A stretch of DNA of 57,529 nucleotides, counting the filler, from Circinaria calcarea (Eukaryota): NCBI GenBank assembly GCA_051942165.1. It is 6 parts of 6 records of this genome, joined end to end, with 100 filler letters (N's around TTAATTAATTAA, not from the genome) between each part and the next. Parts side by side here need not be neighbours in the genome. Positions count along the whole stretch, not along the records: positions 38,446 to 47,941 come from JAVECS010000925.1; positions 48,042 to 57,529 come from JAVECS010000926.1; 4 more parts are not named here. One strand, given 5' to 3'. The notes below the pieces were generated by a model. That model was given only the letters and a program-made list of their open reading frames with translations. It searched no databases and was not told the origin of the DNA. This document shows positions 38,648 through 50,466 of this stretch, piece after piece. Position 1 is the stretch's first letter. Every line of letters starts with the position of its first letter. The position numbers and the translations under genes are program-made.

Positions 38648-38991
38648 TGTTACGTCCCTAGGCTTCTTAGGCAAAGGCAATGCTTAGTCACTGGTATAGG
38701 GCAGGGGCTCTGTAGATATGCACGAAGGTTTTATACCAATCACTTAGCAAGTAAGTAAGTGACAATAGAAGTATATTGCTACACTTGTAAGGTCTTGACC
38801 ACACAGGTCAAACACTGCGGAAAGGACTGAGACTATATAGATCATTTGAGGTTACACGAACCTTCCCAAAAGGGGTGGACGTAGTGGACGTCGTGGACGT
38901 AGCCACGTCCAGTACGTCCAGTACTATTAATACGCCTAGCCCGCGTATTACTCAGACCTCTTGGCATGGCCTTGCGGGTTGCGCCATTACA
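38648..38991. mobile_element. Solo LTR (344 bp) with 5-bp target-site duplication
   Basis: TGTTAC...ATTACA termini flanked by AGCGG at 38643-38647 and 38992-38996. Confidence 0.85.
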
Positions 38992-39779
38992 AGCGGACGA
39001 TTGCCATAATTTTTGAATTAGGCTGTTTTAGCAACTCGTCCCAGGGGGGGGGGGATTTCCCCCCCCCCCCAAAGCGGTACACTTTATAAATGCCTAAAGC
39101 CAACTTACAAATAAGCGTGCTGTGAGCCCCAAAATATCAGAAATCAAACCTCGGAGCCAAAATGAGATCTATTTTACACGGGATTTTACCCCATTTCGGC
39201 TAAGCTCGCGGACGCAATAAGAATTGGAAGACTTAGGGGGAAGTGGTCCGAGGAAAATACTTATCGTAATTAGTAATGGGTGTTGCCACTTTTATATCTC
39301 CCACACGAACAGCGTGAGCAAGCTACCATAAGCGTTGTGCGTCTGCGTCCCGGCAATTCGACGAGGACGGCATCACGTCGCAAGCCAAGCCAAGCCAAGC
39401 CAGTCGTGGTATTACTAGGGTAAAAATTTCATGCCGCGACACCCGCCGTGGCTTTTAGTAAGACTGCTATTACGAAAAGATGTTAGCTTTGGCCATTTTT
39501 CGCGATAACCCACCCCACAAGAACCCGCACTAATTTATAAATGCGATAATTAGAGAGATAGCATTAGAAGGAAACTCGGTATCTCCGGATAGGAAGATCT
39601 GTCGAGGCGCGTTTCGAGGGTGAAATTTGGTGAATAACACGATGGAAGACTTCCCGATACTGTATATACACGTGACGCCATAATCTTCGTGCTATTCCAA
39701 GGCTACAAGATGGGCCATGGTACGGGTCTACCGCCATTGCTGAACCTAGGTAGGCGTGGGCGGTCAGGAACTAGAGTCC

Positions 39780-41561
39780 TCAATGCTTGCTAACAGCGCT
39801 GACCCCCATGTTTTCCAGTATGGTGGTGGCGTCGGGGTCGATGCCCGCCTGTGTCTGCTGCGGCAATAATGTCCTAGTCGGTGTCCTTGTCCCGTCGTCT
39901 TCTTGCTCGGTTGGCAAATCGAGTTCTTCTTGGTCCCTTGCACACACGACGAGACTATCGGCTGCTCTCCTTTTGAATAAGCCGTTCTTGAAACCAAGCA
40001 TCAAACATTCAATCGCATGCCATCTTTTCTCATTTTTAGGCTCGATCATGTGATGGAGGATCTCGACCACCTGGCCGTCGTCTTCATCGTCCAGCTTGTC
40101 GAGGAGCTCCTTAAGCCAAGCTTTCACCCACCTGCGCCACATCTCCGGCGCGACCTGCTCCCCCTTCTTTTTTGGCGTGGGGGCATCTGGGGGAGTTGGA
40201 ATGTTATATATCCATTCGAGAACAATGACGCCGAGGGACCAAATGTCGGCTGGTGGCCCATGGCCGTTCATGTAGAAGGGGAACACCTCCGGTGCGGCGT
40301 ACTTAAGCGAGCCGCAGAAAGTCGTCAGCCAAGTGTTGTTAGTTACCACCTTGGACAAGCCAAAATCGGTGATAACGACCTTATAAAACGGCTTGATCTC
40401 GACCAGGAAATTCTCGGGTTTAAGATCGCGGTGCACTACCCCTTTTGCATGGAGATGGCTGAGGCCGTCTAAAACCTGTCCAAAGGTACTGATGCGTTTG
40501 TCCTCGTTAATAACGCCGGCGTCCACGATATCTCCAAGAGGATAATAGGCCATGATGATCATAGGTTCTGGTGTCTCCCGAAATTCGAACACCTGCACCA
40601 CGTTGGGCTGTTCGATAATCAGCATCATGGTCGGAGCGGATATAGCCGTGGTGCACTTACATGAGGGTTGTCCTTCATAATAGTAAACTCTCTCCGTATC
40701 TTCGTGAGCCACACAGGGTCAACCTCATCCAGCTTCCTCTTGTTATTGGTAGAATGTTTGAATATTTTGGCGGCGAAGACCTTGCCGTCGCGAACCCTAA
40801 TGAGCCTGTGAACCTGACCAAATGCGCCTTTTCCAATGCTTTTACCCTTGTAGTAGATGAGCCTATCACCGAGGGTCTGGGCTTCACTAGGTGCTTGAGT
40901 TGTTGCTTGGCTATCCAAGCCAAGTCCCCCAACGGCCGGAACTCCTTCCTTGCACTTGTTGACGAATGCTCGCAAATTGTCGACGTACTGAGGATCCGCT
41001 GCCGCGTGGTTGGGAAATTCGATCTTGATGGCAAGGCCGCCTAAATGGATCGTGATGTCGCCGAATGGATTCGGAACGCCAGGCTCATATGTCAGAATCC
41101 ATGTCTCTTTTTTCCGCACCTCCTTTTGGTTCTGGCCCTTGTACCCGACCGGTCCCGTGCGCCGAATGGTAATCGTGTAACCAGATACAAAAATCATCGT
41201 CCACGGCGATATTGTAATGCCTCTTGCTAATTCCTTTCGTTCCTCGGTGCCCCAGGAGGATATGAGACGAACTCGGATTCGTGCCCGCTTGTATCCCGTC
41301 GATAAGATTTTCTAGTAGCATGAGCTGACGGAAAGTCACGACGAGGCGGTCAACAGCACCGGGATTCTCGTCCTCGGACTGCGCATCTTCGGCGGGAGTG
41401 GCCTCTCGACTATCTATAATGGGCTGTTCGGCGACGCCTCCAACTGCTTCGTGAAACCACCTCGAGTTGTGCGGTAGCTTAAAGGCACTGCTCGCCTTGT
41501 TTTTCTGATCGCGGGCGGTTAAAACCGCGAAAACGCTGTGGTCATATATAGTGCCAGGCAT
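39780..41561 (-). pseudogene. Ser/Thr kinase with an FHA-like N-terminal region (Chk2/Rad53-like architecture), frameshifted
   Basis: GKGAFG, VFAAK, HRDLKPEN, DFG and APE motifs; intron 40660-40608. The N-terminal GISKRHY..LHDYHSAHGT frame shifts near 41150 into VGYKGQ. Confidence 0.75.
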
Positions 41562-42198
41562 TAATAAAAGTTCAAATCAGCGAATGCAAAGCCAAATAAT
41601 ACAAAGGGAGACAACACGGTTTTGGACAGCAGAACAATTTACAACTAATATATCAAAAAGCACCGCTTTGAGGTATCTTGTATAAGCAGGGGTGCTGTAC
41701 TTAAGTGAATTCCGTGGCTATTGGTTGACCAGTTTGCTCTTCGGATTGGTTAAATTGCCGCTCTGCGCGAAGCTAGTAGCGCTTGGGACGGCGGTAAATT
41801 AATGGCACGATTCGACAGTTAGAGAATACGGAGCAATGCGTGCTTGCTATTTCTCTACTTCCCTTTTTATTATCACAACGCTCCACAACGACTGCGTGCA
41901 TTGTTACGCATTTCCCTCTCCAATATGAACACTCCTGCCGATTCCCCTATTACTTGCTTGGCTGCCTTTACTACCATCGAAGATTACGGCAATATTAGGT
42001 ACGTGGTGGCTCCTCAACCGCAATCATAGTTGGCCGCGTTGACGCTTGCCTGGACAGTCTCGTCACAATCCCAGACTGTTCAACACTTTCGGAATCAGTT
42101 CGATCGGCAGTTACACTTAAAGCACGGTACAAGCCCAGAGATATCTGGATAGCCCTGGACAATTAAGCTAACATTGCGGTTTCCTTAGACAGCAGCAG

Positions 42199-43446
42199 AT
42201 GGGAACTCCTTTATACGCTGATATGCTTCAGGCGGCACTGCGGTTTGTTCCAACACACCATACATCTTTTCCTTGCGCTAATAAGTCATAACTCAGAGAC
42301 ATGACACCACCATTGGACGAGGAGGAAGAGAACGAGGAGTCTCGCTTGTTCGAGGCCCAGGCGCGCAAGGAACTGGAAAACGATGGCTGCCCTCCCTGCT
42401 ATCCGCTCGACCTCGAGATTCCCCTGCGAAATCCGCCCGAGAAATACCAGCCGATTATAGGGTACTGGCAGTCCTTCCCAGGGACAGGTGATGTGGTGCT
42501 TCGCGCCGAATTATCGGATTGGCGGAAGTTCCGCTCGTCTCAGTCGAGAGTCCGGCGCCGTTTTCGAAACAAACCTTTCAGCAAATTTGAGGACGAGGTT
42601 CGCGAGCGTCGGCGAAGACATGAACTGGGTGGCGATCTACGCCTAATATTCGACCTGGAGCAACAGAGTCGGCTGGAGAATTGGATCGAGTTTCAGCACT
42701 ACCATCTCAAACGCTTTGAGCGGGTTGAAAAGAAGCGAGACGGGTTGAAGCAGGAGTTGGATGAGGCTCGGAAGAAAGCCGAGGATACAGACGCCGCCGG
42801 TTCGACACGCGCAGCGGAGATCGCAGAAGCCGTCCAGCAAATTGTGGAGAATACTGAATGGGACCTGGAACGGCACAAGGTTCTGCTGCAGTGGATCGAG
42901 CAGGAGCGGCGGGCGATGGACCCAGGGTATCCAACACCTATCGAAAAAGACAAAGACGATCAGGATGCCGCACCAAAGGCCGTCCGGAGGGCCTCCACTC
43001 GTGCCCTTCAGAAGAGGCGACTCGAGACTTCCGGCGTCCTGGGCAAGGTCAGGATCTCGAAAGCCATGCCGAAGAAGCAGAACATGCAGACCCAGACGCC
43101 CAATGCTCCAGAACTCGAGCCTGCCATCCAGGACTCGGACGCCACCCCACAAAGCAGTATTCCACAGGCACCCAAGCGTCGAGAGACCATGCTTCGACGT
43201 ACCAAGGAAGAGACGCCGCTCCACCAACTCCGTCCGCAAAGGGTGGCCAAGGCAAAACGATTCACTGAAGCCAGGGTAGAATCACTATCAGGGACGCGAT
43301 CCTTTAGAGCCGGGCAGACCCGATCTCCAGACCGAGCACCATCTAAATACCAGCCGGCCCGACAGCGATCGCAGCCTGCACCTGAGTATGTCATGGCACG
43401 AAGTGGACGGAGATCACGGCAGCCAGTAAGATGGGCTCCAGAGTGA
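42199..43446 (+). CDS. Hypothetical protein (WRKFR..QQSRLENWIEFQ motif, coiled coil, basic tail)
   Basis: 381-aa ORF, extendable in frame to the ATG at 42199 via intron 42243-42296; ends RSGRRSRQPVRW. Confidence 0.65.
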
Positions 43447-45495
43447 AGGCAAGCGTTCTGAGCTAGAAGAGCTGTTGGATGTATCCTGTCGACCACTAGC
43501 GCTAGGGGAGAAACTCTAGTCAAGAAAGGCTTAAGCATCCTGCAATAATAGGATATATACCATGCCCGCCCCTCCTTATCATAGTCGCAGCAACCCCGAG
43601 CTAATCATGTCCTCCGTTATTATCTGCATAATCGGGAGCGAGACTTAAAACCGCGCGTAGGCTGGCACCCGTCCATCATAGTGGGATAAGGAAAAGGGGC
43701 AGATATCGAGTCTCCCGGCACTATATTCTGACATCTGCGGCTCCCACCGAGGCTGATAAGTATTTTCCTTTCCGGGTGAATTGAGGCTGTGTCTGTTTGA
43801 TGCGGAAAGCCTTGAAGGAAGAGACGAAGAAGCCTCTGGTGGCAACGCAAGTGGTGAGAAGAAAGGGAGGCCGCTGCCGGGCTAGGCCAAAGTCAACGGG
43901 TAATGTTACTGGTGCATCAAAAAGGGGTAGCTGGCGAGGAAGTCCGGCTCGTTGAAGCATGTATATTATTGCTTAGTTTAGCTTTTTGGACTTGAGCGCT
44001 TGGTAGATTTGGAAAATTCAATGTTTCGACTTGAATATATAATTATAATAATTATAAATAAATTAACATTAACGTTAACTATCTTGCCGATAAACCGTGT
44101 TTTTGGCTTATACGCCGGCCAAGAAGCGAGCTAACACGACAGCCTGAATTTTTTATCGACGATATAAGTTAAGAACCGGGCAGATCGGAAATGCTCGCGT
44201 CGGATAAACCCCTTCGAGCCCCTCGCTTTAGGGCATCGTCTGATGAGGAGAGGCAATGGAGGATGAGTGCCGATGTTTGATTTTTGGGTGTTACTGTGGA
44301 AATGGGAGTCAGGGGTATGCTGTTTATTAATAAAATACGGTGGGTATTTTTAATGGCTCAGGTTGTTGGTTTTGGTTTTTTTCGGTACCATAAATCAATC
44401 GCATCGACTTCATCTAATTTCCCGTATTTCTATCTAGTAGATCTGTCAAACCTTTACGGTTAGCTCCTCGGGCCTATTCTATTCCGAATGCCCACACGTA
44501 GATAGTTCCTTTACACATAGCAGAGCATACACGTAGTAGCTCCACACACTCTTTCACTCGTTGATCGATGGATTATAGTAACGCCGTAGCTTTACAAGAT
44601 CCCCCCAAATCCCCCTAGTTAATTCATTCCACCAATCTTGGAATCCTTATCCTTATTGATTTGTTACTCCTTCCTCAATAAGCCCCAGGCGAGATCTCCT
44701 GCAAAAACGTGTCCTTGAGATATTAAGACAAAAATAGTTATTTTAAAAGATTGAATCGTCTTCAGATAGCCATTACTAAATTATTCGCCGAGTTCCTCTT
44801 GCGTATGCCTCGACGGTTATTAGTCGAGGCCCGTGAGCAAAGGTCCCTGCCGAAAATAATATAATACTGGAAGACCCCTCCCAACAGGAATTATAGCTTA
44901 TTCAATAATTGGAAACCTTAAAAGTATAGAATCTCGGAACAAAAGACTTGATCTATATATAGTGAGAGCAGAGTACTCCTATACTGATTGTTTTCAATCG
45001 GCAACGACTTCTGCTCACCAGCCTCGAATGGCGGTAGTAATATAAACCTCAACTATCCCCTCTGTTCTTATCCTTTTTTTATTTTTTCTTTTAAAAATCA
45101 TCTCAACCCCACTCTCTAGTCCCCTCTCGCGCGCGGCCTTGAGGGAAAATAAGTTGCTGGTCGATACAGTATACTTTTAAATATCCAAGAACCTGTAAAA
45201 TCCCGCTTCCTTATTGAATGAGCGACGCCTCTCGGTTAAACCCTGGCGATTCAGGAATTCGCACCAACTTGTTGAATGGATCACTTTATAGGATCGTCCA
45301 CCGGGCTTATATGATTTAGAGGCTTTTTCCAGTAGATCGTCACATACGACAGTCTCCGAACTTGAGGTGTTGGGATCGCAATCCTATGGGTGGTCCCTCA
45401 ATCCAGTCGACTGAGCTGTCTGTCCCAGGTCCTATGGCCTAGCCGTCCTTGGTCTCAAACTTTGCAGTCACTCGTTACTGCCTGTTGCTCTCCGT

Positions 45496-45689
45496 TGTCA
45501 CGGCAAGAGACTTGAAGTAGGACGGGTTGCATAAGATGTAATGTGAAGCTTCGGTTTGGTACTCGTCCTTAGGTTGTTGGGTATGACGTGGTGCAAGAGA
45601 GAAACTGGGTGAGAGGCAGAGCGAGTTTATTTACATCAAGGTTAGGAGGTCCTGAACCAGTCACACCCGGTTAGCTGAATGTTGTGACA
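45496..45689. mobile_element. Probable short solo LTR
   Basis: TGTCAC...GTGACA inverted termini; flanks TCCGT/ACCGT (4/5 match to a TSD). Confidence 0.5.
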
Positions 45690-45878
45690 ACCGTGTCTTC
45701 AGCGAGACAATACCTCTACCTTTCGAGTAGCGGACCGGTCCTTCTCATCGAAGTGTCACCACAAGAGCGTCAACAAGTCCTGACTCAGGCGACTTGACCT
45801 GATCTCCCGCCTGAGGTCACATGAGGACCCGTTATGTGCGCGGCTTACTTCCTTGGCGAAATGGAATTATTCACCAAG

Positions 45879-47467
45879 TTACAAGACTAGCCACGGGTGC
45901 TGAAGGAGCTCCTTCGCCGTCTTTCTCTCCTCTGGCAACCATCTAAGCATATGACTTACGAAATCAAGGAAAAGCTCTTTATCTTCCCCTTTGAGGGAAA
46001 GAGCTGAGTCTGACAAGTTGAAGCTGCTGCAAGTGAGGTTTTTATACAGAAATTCACCTGAAAGCTAAGGTTAGTATTGGGGTTTTTTTCGCAGGTAGCA
46101 GCGTGTTAGCCTTGACGAGCTCAACAAATCATACCTTCTGAGTGGAAGAAAGGCCCTTCGTGATACTCTCGAGCGGTCTGACAGAGCTTGCCTTCTGCAT
46201 TTAGAACAGCATGGCTCCATTTGACCTCGCCCCACCGCTGTTCTTGATGAATGAGCGTTTTTGGTGGAGGACCCAGCAAAGTAATCATCTCCGCAAGATG
46301 TGCTCGAGGATCGTAAACGCCTTGGTTGGAACGAATATTTCTGAACAAGTCTTTATCCTCCAGTAAATTCCAAATCTGCATGTCACGCTGGAGTCAGCAG
46401 AATTCCTCTATAGCTGACAAGAGAAGCCAGAGCGCACCAACACGCCGAGGTTCCAGATGTCAGCGCTGTATGTCCAGCCAGTGCCCAGTATGACCTCTGG
46501 GGCATGGTAAAGCGGAGGCTGTATGGGGTGCCTCAAAGATTCAGGGCCATCTCCTCGTTCTGCTAAACCGAAGTCTGCGATTATCGGTAGTACACGTAGC
46601 GACTTTAGCCGCCCGAAATCATTGTGTGATAGATAGATTGATCGGCCATCTTGTATCTTTCGAGGCATGGGGTTTTCAGCTTGTATTTGGATGAAATCTT
46701 CTATCACCGATGGATCCTCGAATCGCATCATGATATTGTCTGGTTTAAGATCTATGGAATGAGTCTTAGCATACGTTGATGCCGAGCAGAACCTCAAACC
46801 CACCTGTATGAATGACATGACACTCAGAATGAAGATAATTGAGTCCTTGTAAGAGAAACCTTGTGTACACCTTGACAATGCTCGGTGGCAATTTGCCATT
46901 CTCCCAGCGGCGTTGAAACATCCAGAGGGGCTCTCTCAATGGCTCGTAGACCAGACAAAAGTGCTTGTCATCCGGCCCGGTGGCTTCGAAACTATCGAGC
47001 GTAGTTCTCACAAATAGAAAGCCGTTATGCGATGGATTTGTCTTGAGGCGTTGATCGACACTCAGCTCATGCTTTGACGTATCTTGGTCCATGTAACGGG
47101 AAGCAATGACCTTCAGAACGACGTAACGGTTAGATTCCCACCACCACCTGCAAAGATGTGAAATTTAAATGTGACCAGCGTTTAAGCAGGCGGGCACATA
47201 CCGTTTGGTATCTCGAGCTAGCCACACGGTAGAAGAAGTGCCCCATCCGACCTTGACCAAGATCTTATATCGATTGTAGAGGAGGTCGCCTGGATTCACT
47301 GGGTAGAAATGCTTGGGGTCGTATCCAGGGATTTGCTCTTCCTCCACTAGAGCATTCGACGGGAGGATGGTAGCTGCGCGGCTTGCGGGGACGGCGGTGT
47401 TTGTTGGAGCCGCCCATAATCGAAGGAATTGGGGACCGCGGGACCCAAGGAGTTTACGCACCAACAT
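45879..47467 (-). CDS. SRPK-like (CMGC) Ser/Thr protein kinase
   Basis: Five exons with canonical introns (e.g. 47201-47148, 46803-46752); KVGWGTSSTVWLARD, HTDLKPDN, DFG, APEV, SADIWNLG, LRWLPEERKTAKELLQHPWL. Confidence 0.88.
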
Positions 47468-47941
47468 CTTGACAATATTGCTGTTGTGGTTGCATGGGGC
47501 CCGTTAGTTGGTATTGCGCTGTGGTTAAGAGTTACACTGGCTTAGGACGCGCTTTTGTTTCAGAGATAGAACGGAGATGATATTTCAAACCATGGACTTT
47601 ATACCTTAATTTTTTCCATGGAATACATATCATACCTGCAGTTTGCCTTACATCAATCAGCTATATCTGCCGGACCTGCAAAGCTTGTCCTTGTAAATCA
47701 CGCTAGAATGGTTATATGGTATCTCTACGAGTCTTTAAATCTTCCGAACCATATACCTCGCTTACGGATTTAAGATTAGGGGTTGAGGTTGTGAATGGGT
47801 TGTTTCCCAACTGAGGGGTATAGAGCTGGTTGACTTACTTGCTTCGGACTCGGTACGAAGAGGTGATTCTCTCTGCTCCGCGGCTCCTTTTTAGTCTGCT
47901 TTCTAGATTTAGATTCCAAAACCGAGGCCGGGGAGGGGGGG

Positions 47942-48041
47942 NNNNNNNNNNNNNNNNNNNNNNNNNNNNNNNNNNNNNNNNNNNNTTAATTAATTAANNN
48001 NNNNNNNNNNNNNNNNNNNNNNNNNNNNNNNNNNNNNNNNN
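47942..48041. other. Artificial contig linker
   Basis: N44-TTAATTAATTAA-N44. Confidence 0.98.
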
Positions 48042-48087
48042 GCAAACTCATACTCAACCGCTCGTCAACATACTGAGGTGGAAGCCC

Positions 48088-48748
48088 TCACTCCTTATTA
48101 TGAAAAAGGTCCAACGAACTGGAAGAAGCTTTCATCTTGGCTTTAGGGACTGCCTCCCCCTGCGCTGCTTTGGGAATGAAAACGGAGGTCTCGGCGGAAG
48201 CGGTAGAAGTCGTCGGAGAGTAGGAAGGCTCCTTCGTCGACATCTCGCCCGTCTGAGTAATGCGGCCGACCTCCCGGTCCAGGATGTTCTCCTGGTCGGC
48301 TGGTGCTCGTTAGTTATATCTATTCGTATTACGCATGGTGCCCCACTGATAACAGGATAAACACACCGATCATGGTATTAACCACGGCGTTGAGTTCACG
48401 CAGCGCTTCTTTCTGCGCCACCAGGAACTCCTCATACGCGTTGTCAAAGGCCTTCAGGGCCTCTTTGTTCGCGTTGACGAACTCGTCCTTGGCGTCCCGG
48501 AATATTTCCGCCGCTAGGTTTGTGTCTAAGGCAGCTAGGGTGTCGAATTCTTTCGCGGCGTCGGTGAGGTCCTTGCGGGCTTGAAGTTGCCGCTGCTTGA
48601 GGGTGAAGAAAGCCATCTTAACGGCCTGGGGGGCTTTCTCCGCCGCGCCAAAACAGGCTGATCGGGCTTTTGCATAAAGGTCAGAGGATGTTGCCACCGC
48701 GAGGTTTAATTCACGATCAATGTCTAGTGTTGATGATGACTGCGGCAT
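48088..48748 (-). CDS. Hypothetical alpha-helical protein
   Basis: Ala/Glu/Lys-rich ORF; an intron (GTGTGT..ACTAAC..CAG, ~48366-48300) leads to a Ser/Thr-rich second exon. Confidence 0.5.
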
Positions 48749-49137
48749 TTTGGAGGACCTTTCATGTAAGTGAACGTTGTTGCCTTTTTGTAAAGGAGGA
48801 CCTACGGAAGATGTACGTGAACGTATGGGTAAGGAACTCGGAGAAGGGCTGTAGGTCTGGGAGCCTGCTGAAGAGACACGATGTGATAGGGATCAGAAAA
48901 AGGGTTGTAGATCTAGAAGACTGTCCACGACTCAGGATATGATAGAGAAAGGTGTTCACGATTTTCTATGGTTCTCATATATTTGCAACGACTTGGAGGT
49001 TGTGATTCTAAGAAGTAGTGTAGAAAGAAAAGCCCTAACGAACACAACCGAGGTCAAAGCGCTGTGCCTACCACGCTACACACGAACGCCGTACATGAAC
49101 GCCGTACACCACAATATACACGCATTGCGTGTCAGTC

Positions 49138-49960
49138 CTAAAAAATCCCATTGACAATGTTCGAACCGATTGTAGCTCCCGCCCCAAATATAGCTACTCA
49201 ACATGATCAGTAATCCACTCATATCAAAAACACAGAGCCATAAAGGCGACCTACCAGCATTTCCCAACTTCTTACCAAACTTCTTCCCTTGCTCATTGAC
49301 TTTGCTATTGTTCGTTCCCGTCATCTCACCGCTACCTTGACTTACAGCCAAGGGCATGTTCCCATAATTAGTCCCTGCAGGCTGTGTTGCTGGGGTCGGC
49401 AGTCCATTCTTGTCCTCTACGACATTTACATAGCTCCTTGGGAATATACCTTCCTGCCCGGTTCGCTCGTTCCTACCTTTGGCCCAATCTGCATTCATGT
49501 ACTCGAGTATGGCAATACGGTCATTGGGTGAGAGGGCAAGGTCGCCGGCGTCGGAAGGGGCATAGGCATACAGTGCTGTGGCTGTAGCTATCGAAGTGGG
49601 TGCAGGGGGATTGTAGGCCGGAGAACCAGGGGACGGTGTGGGCGCATAAAACGAGGATTGCTTCTCAGTAAATGAGGGTTGACTCGGTTGAGCCGGTTGA
49701 AATGGGGCTTGAGAGAGAGGCGTAGGGGTAAGAGCTGGGGTGATGTTGGAGAGCGGAGCGTGAAGGGAAGTTTGCGGAGGTAGCTGAGATAGGAGGGAGG
49801 ACAATTGCTGCGGACTGATTATGGAGACGTCGGTTAGAAATTCCAGTTCCTAAACCTGGAATTAGATGCGTAAATGCGAGAGTATGGGATAAAGGGTGGA
49901 ACGTACGGTACGGATCGTTCTTAGAGAACGATTCGCGAGAGCAGAGGTGCGTTCGTCCAT
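49138..49960 (-). CDS. SH3-domain protein, Pin3/Lsb1-like
   Basis: ANRSLRTIRTELEFL N-terminus; SH3 domain ATALYAY..DL..WAKG..GIFPRSYV; C-terminus KFGKKLGNAAIFGAGATIGSNIVNGIF; two introns. Confidence 0.9.
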
Positions 49961-50466
49961 AGCGGTAAGGTCAGAGGAAAGAGAGAAGTTGTATATCGAC
50001 AGTGATACTTAGCTAGGAGTTCAGCCCTGAAGTGAAGTCAAAGATGGAGGACGGCTGCGCAAAGCCTACAGGATGACGTGGACTCAGCCTCATGCATCAA
50101 GGTACCAAATTAAGCTCAAACTCCCTTTGATTGGCGTCTTGGCATACACCAAATGTCATTAGTTTTCTACACTTAAATTATAACAGCTTGTTTAACGATT
50201 TATACAATCTACTCACCTTGTCTTGACTGGTGATAAAAGTCTGCCCACAGATACCTATTCTACACGACTGAATGCTCATTAATCACCATATATTAGCCTA
50301 ATACCAAGCTAGCCAAATCGGACCTGGCAAGGTTGGCGGGTCGATATCTGTCAATTAGATAGCCATGACAAACCTCACGCATCCATATGCATCACGCCCG
50401 AAATCTCCCACTTCAAACTTTGTCTTCAATTTCAAGTGTCAATCGTCGCAGATAGTACCACCGAAA

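Noticed and set aside
42643..43538. Several overlapping antisense and alternate-frame ORFs
   Set aside because: Shadows of the GC-rich 381-aa gene.
39019..44146. Possible hAT-like TIRs (TAGGCTGT.. / ..ACAGCCTG) enclosing the kinase island
   Set aside because: Only 13/20 identity and no 8-bp target-site duplication.
44000..45300. AT-rich, stop-rich region as a transposase or Starship captain relic
   Set aside because: I could not recover any DDE, RT or tyrosine-recombinase motif by manual translation; it is left unassigned.
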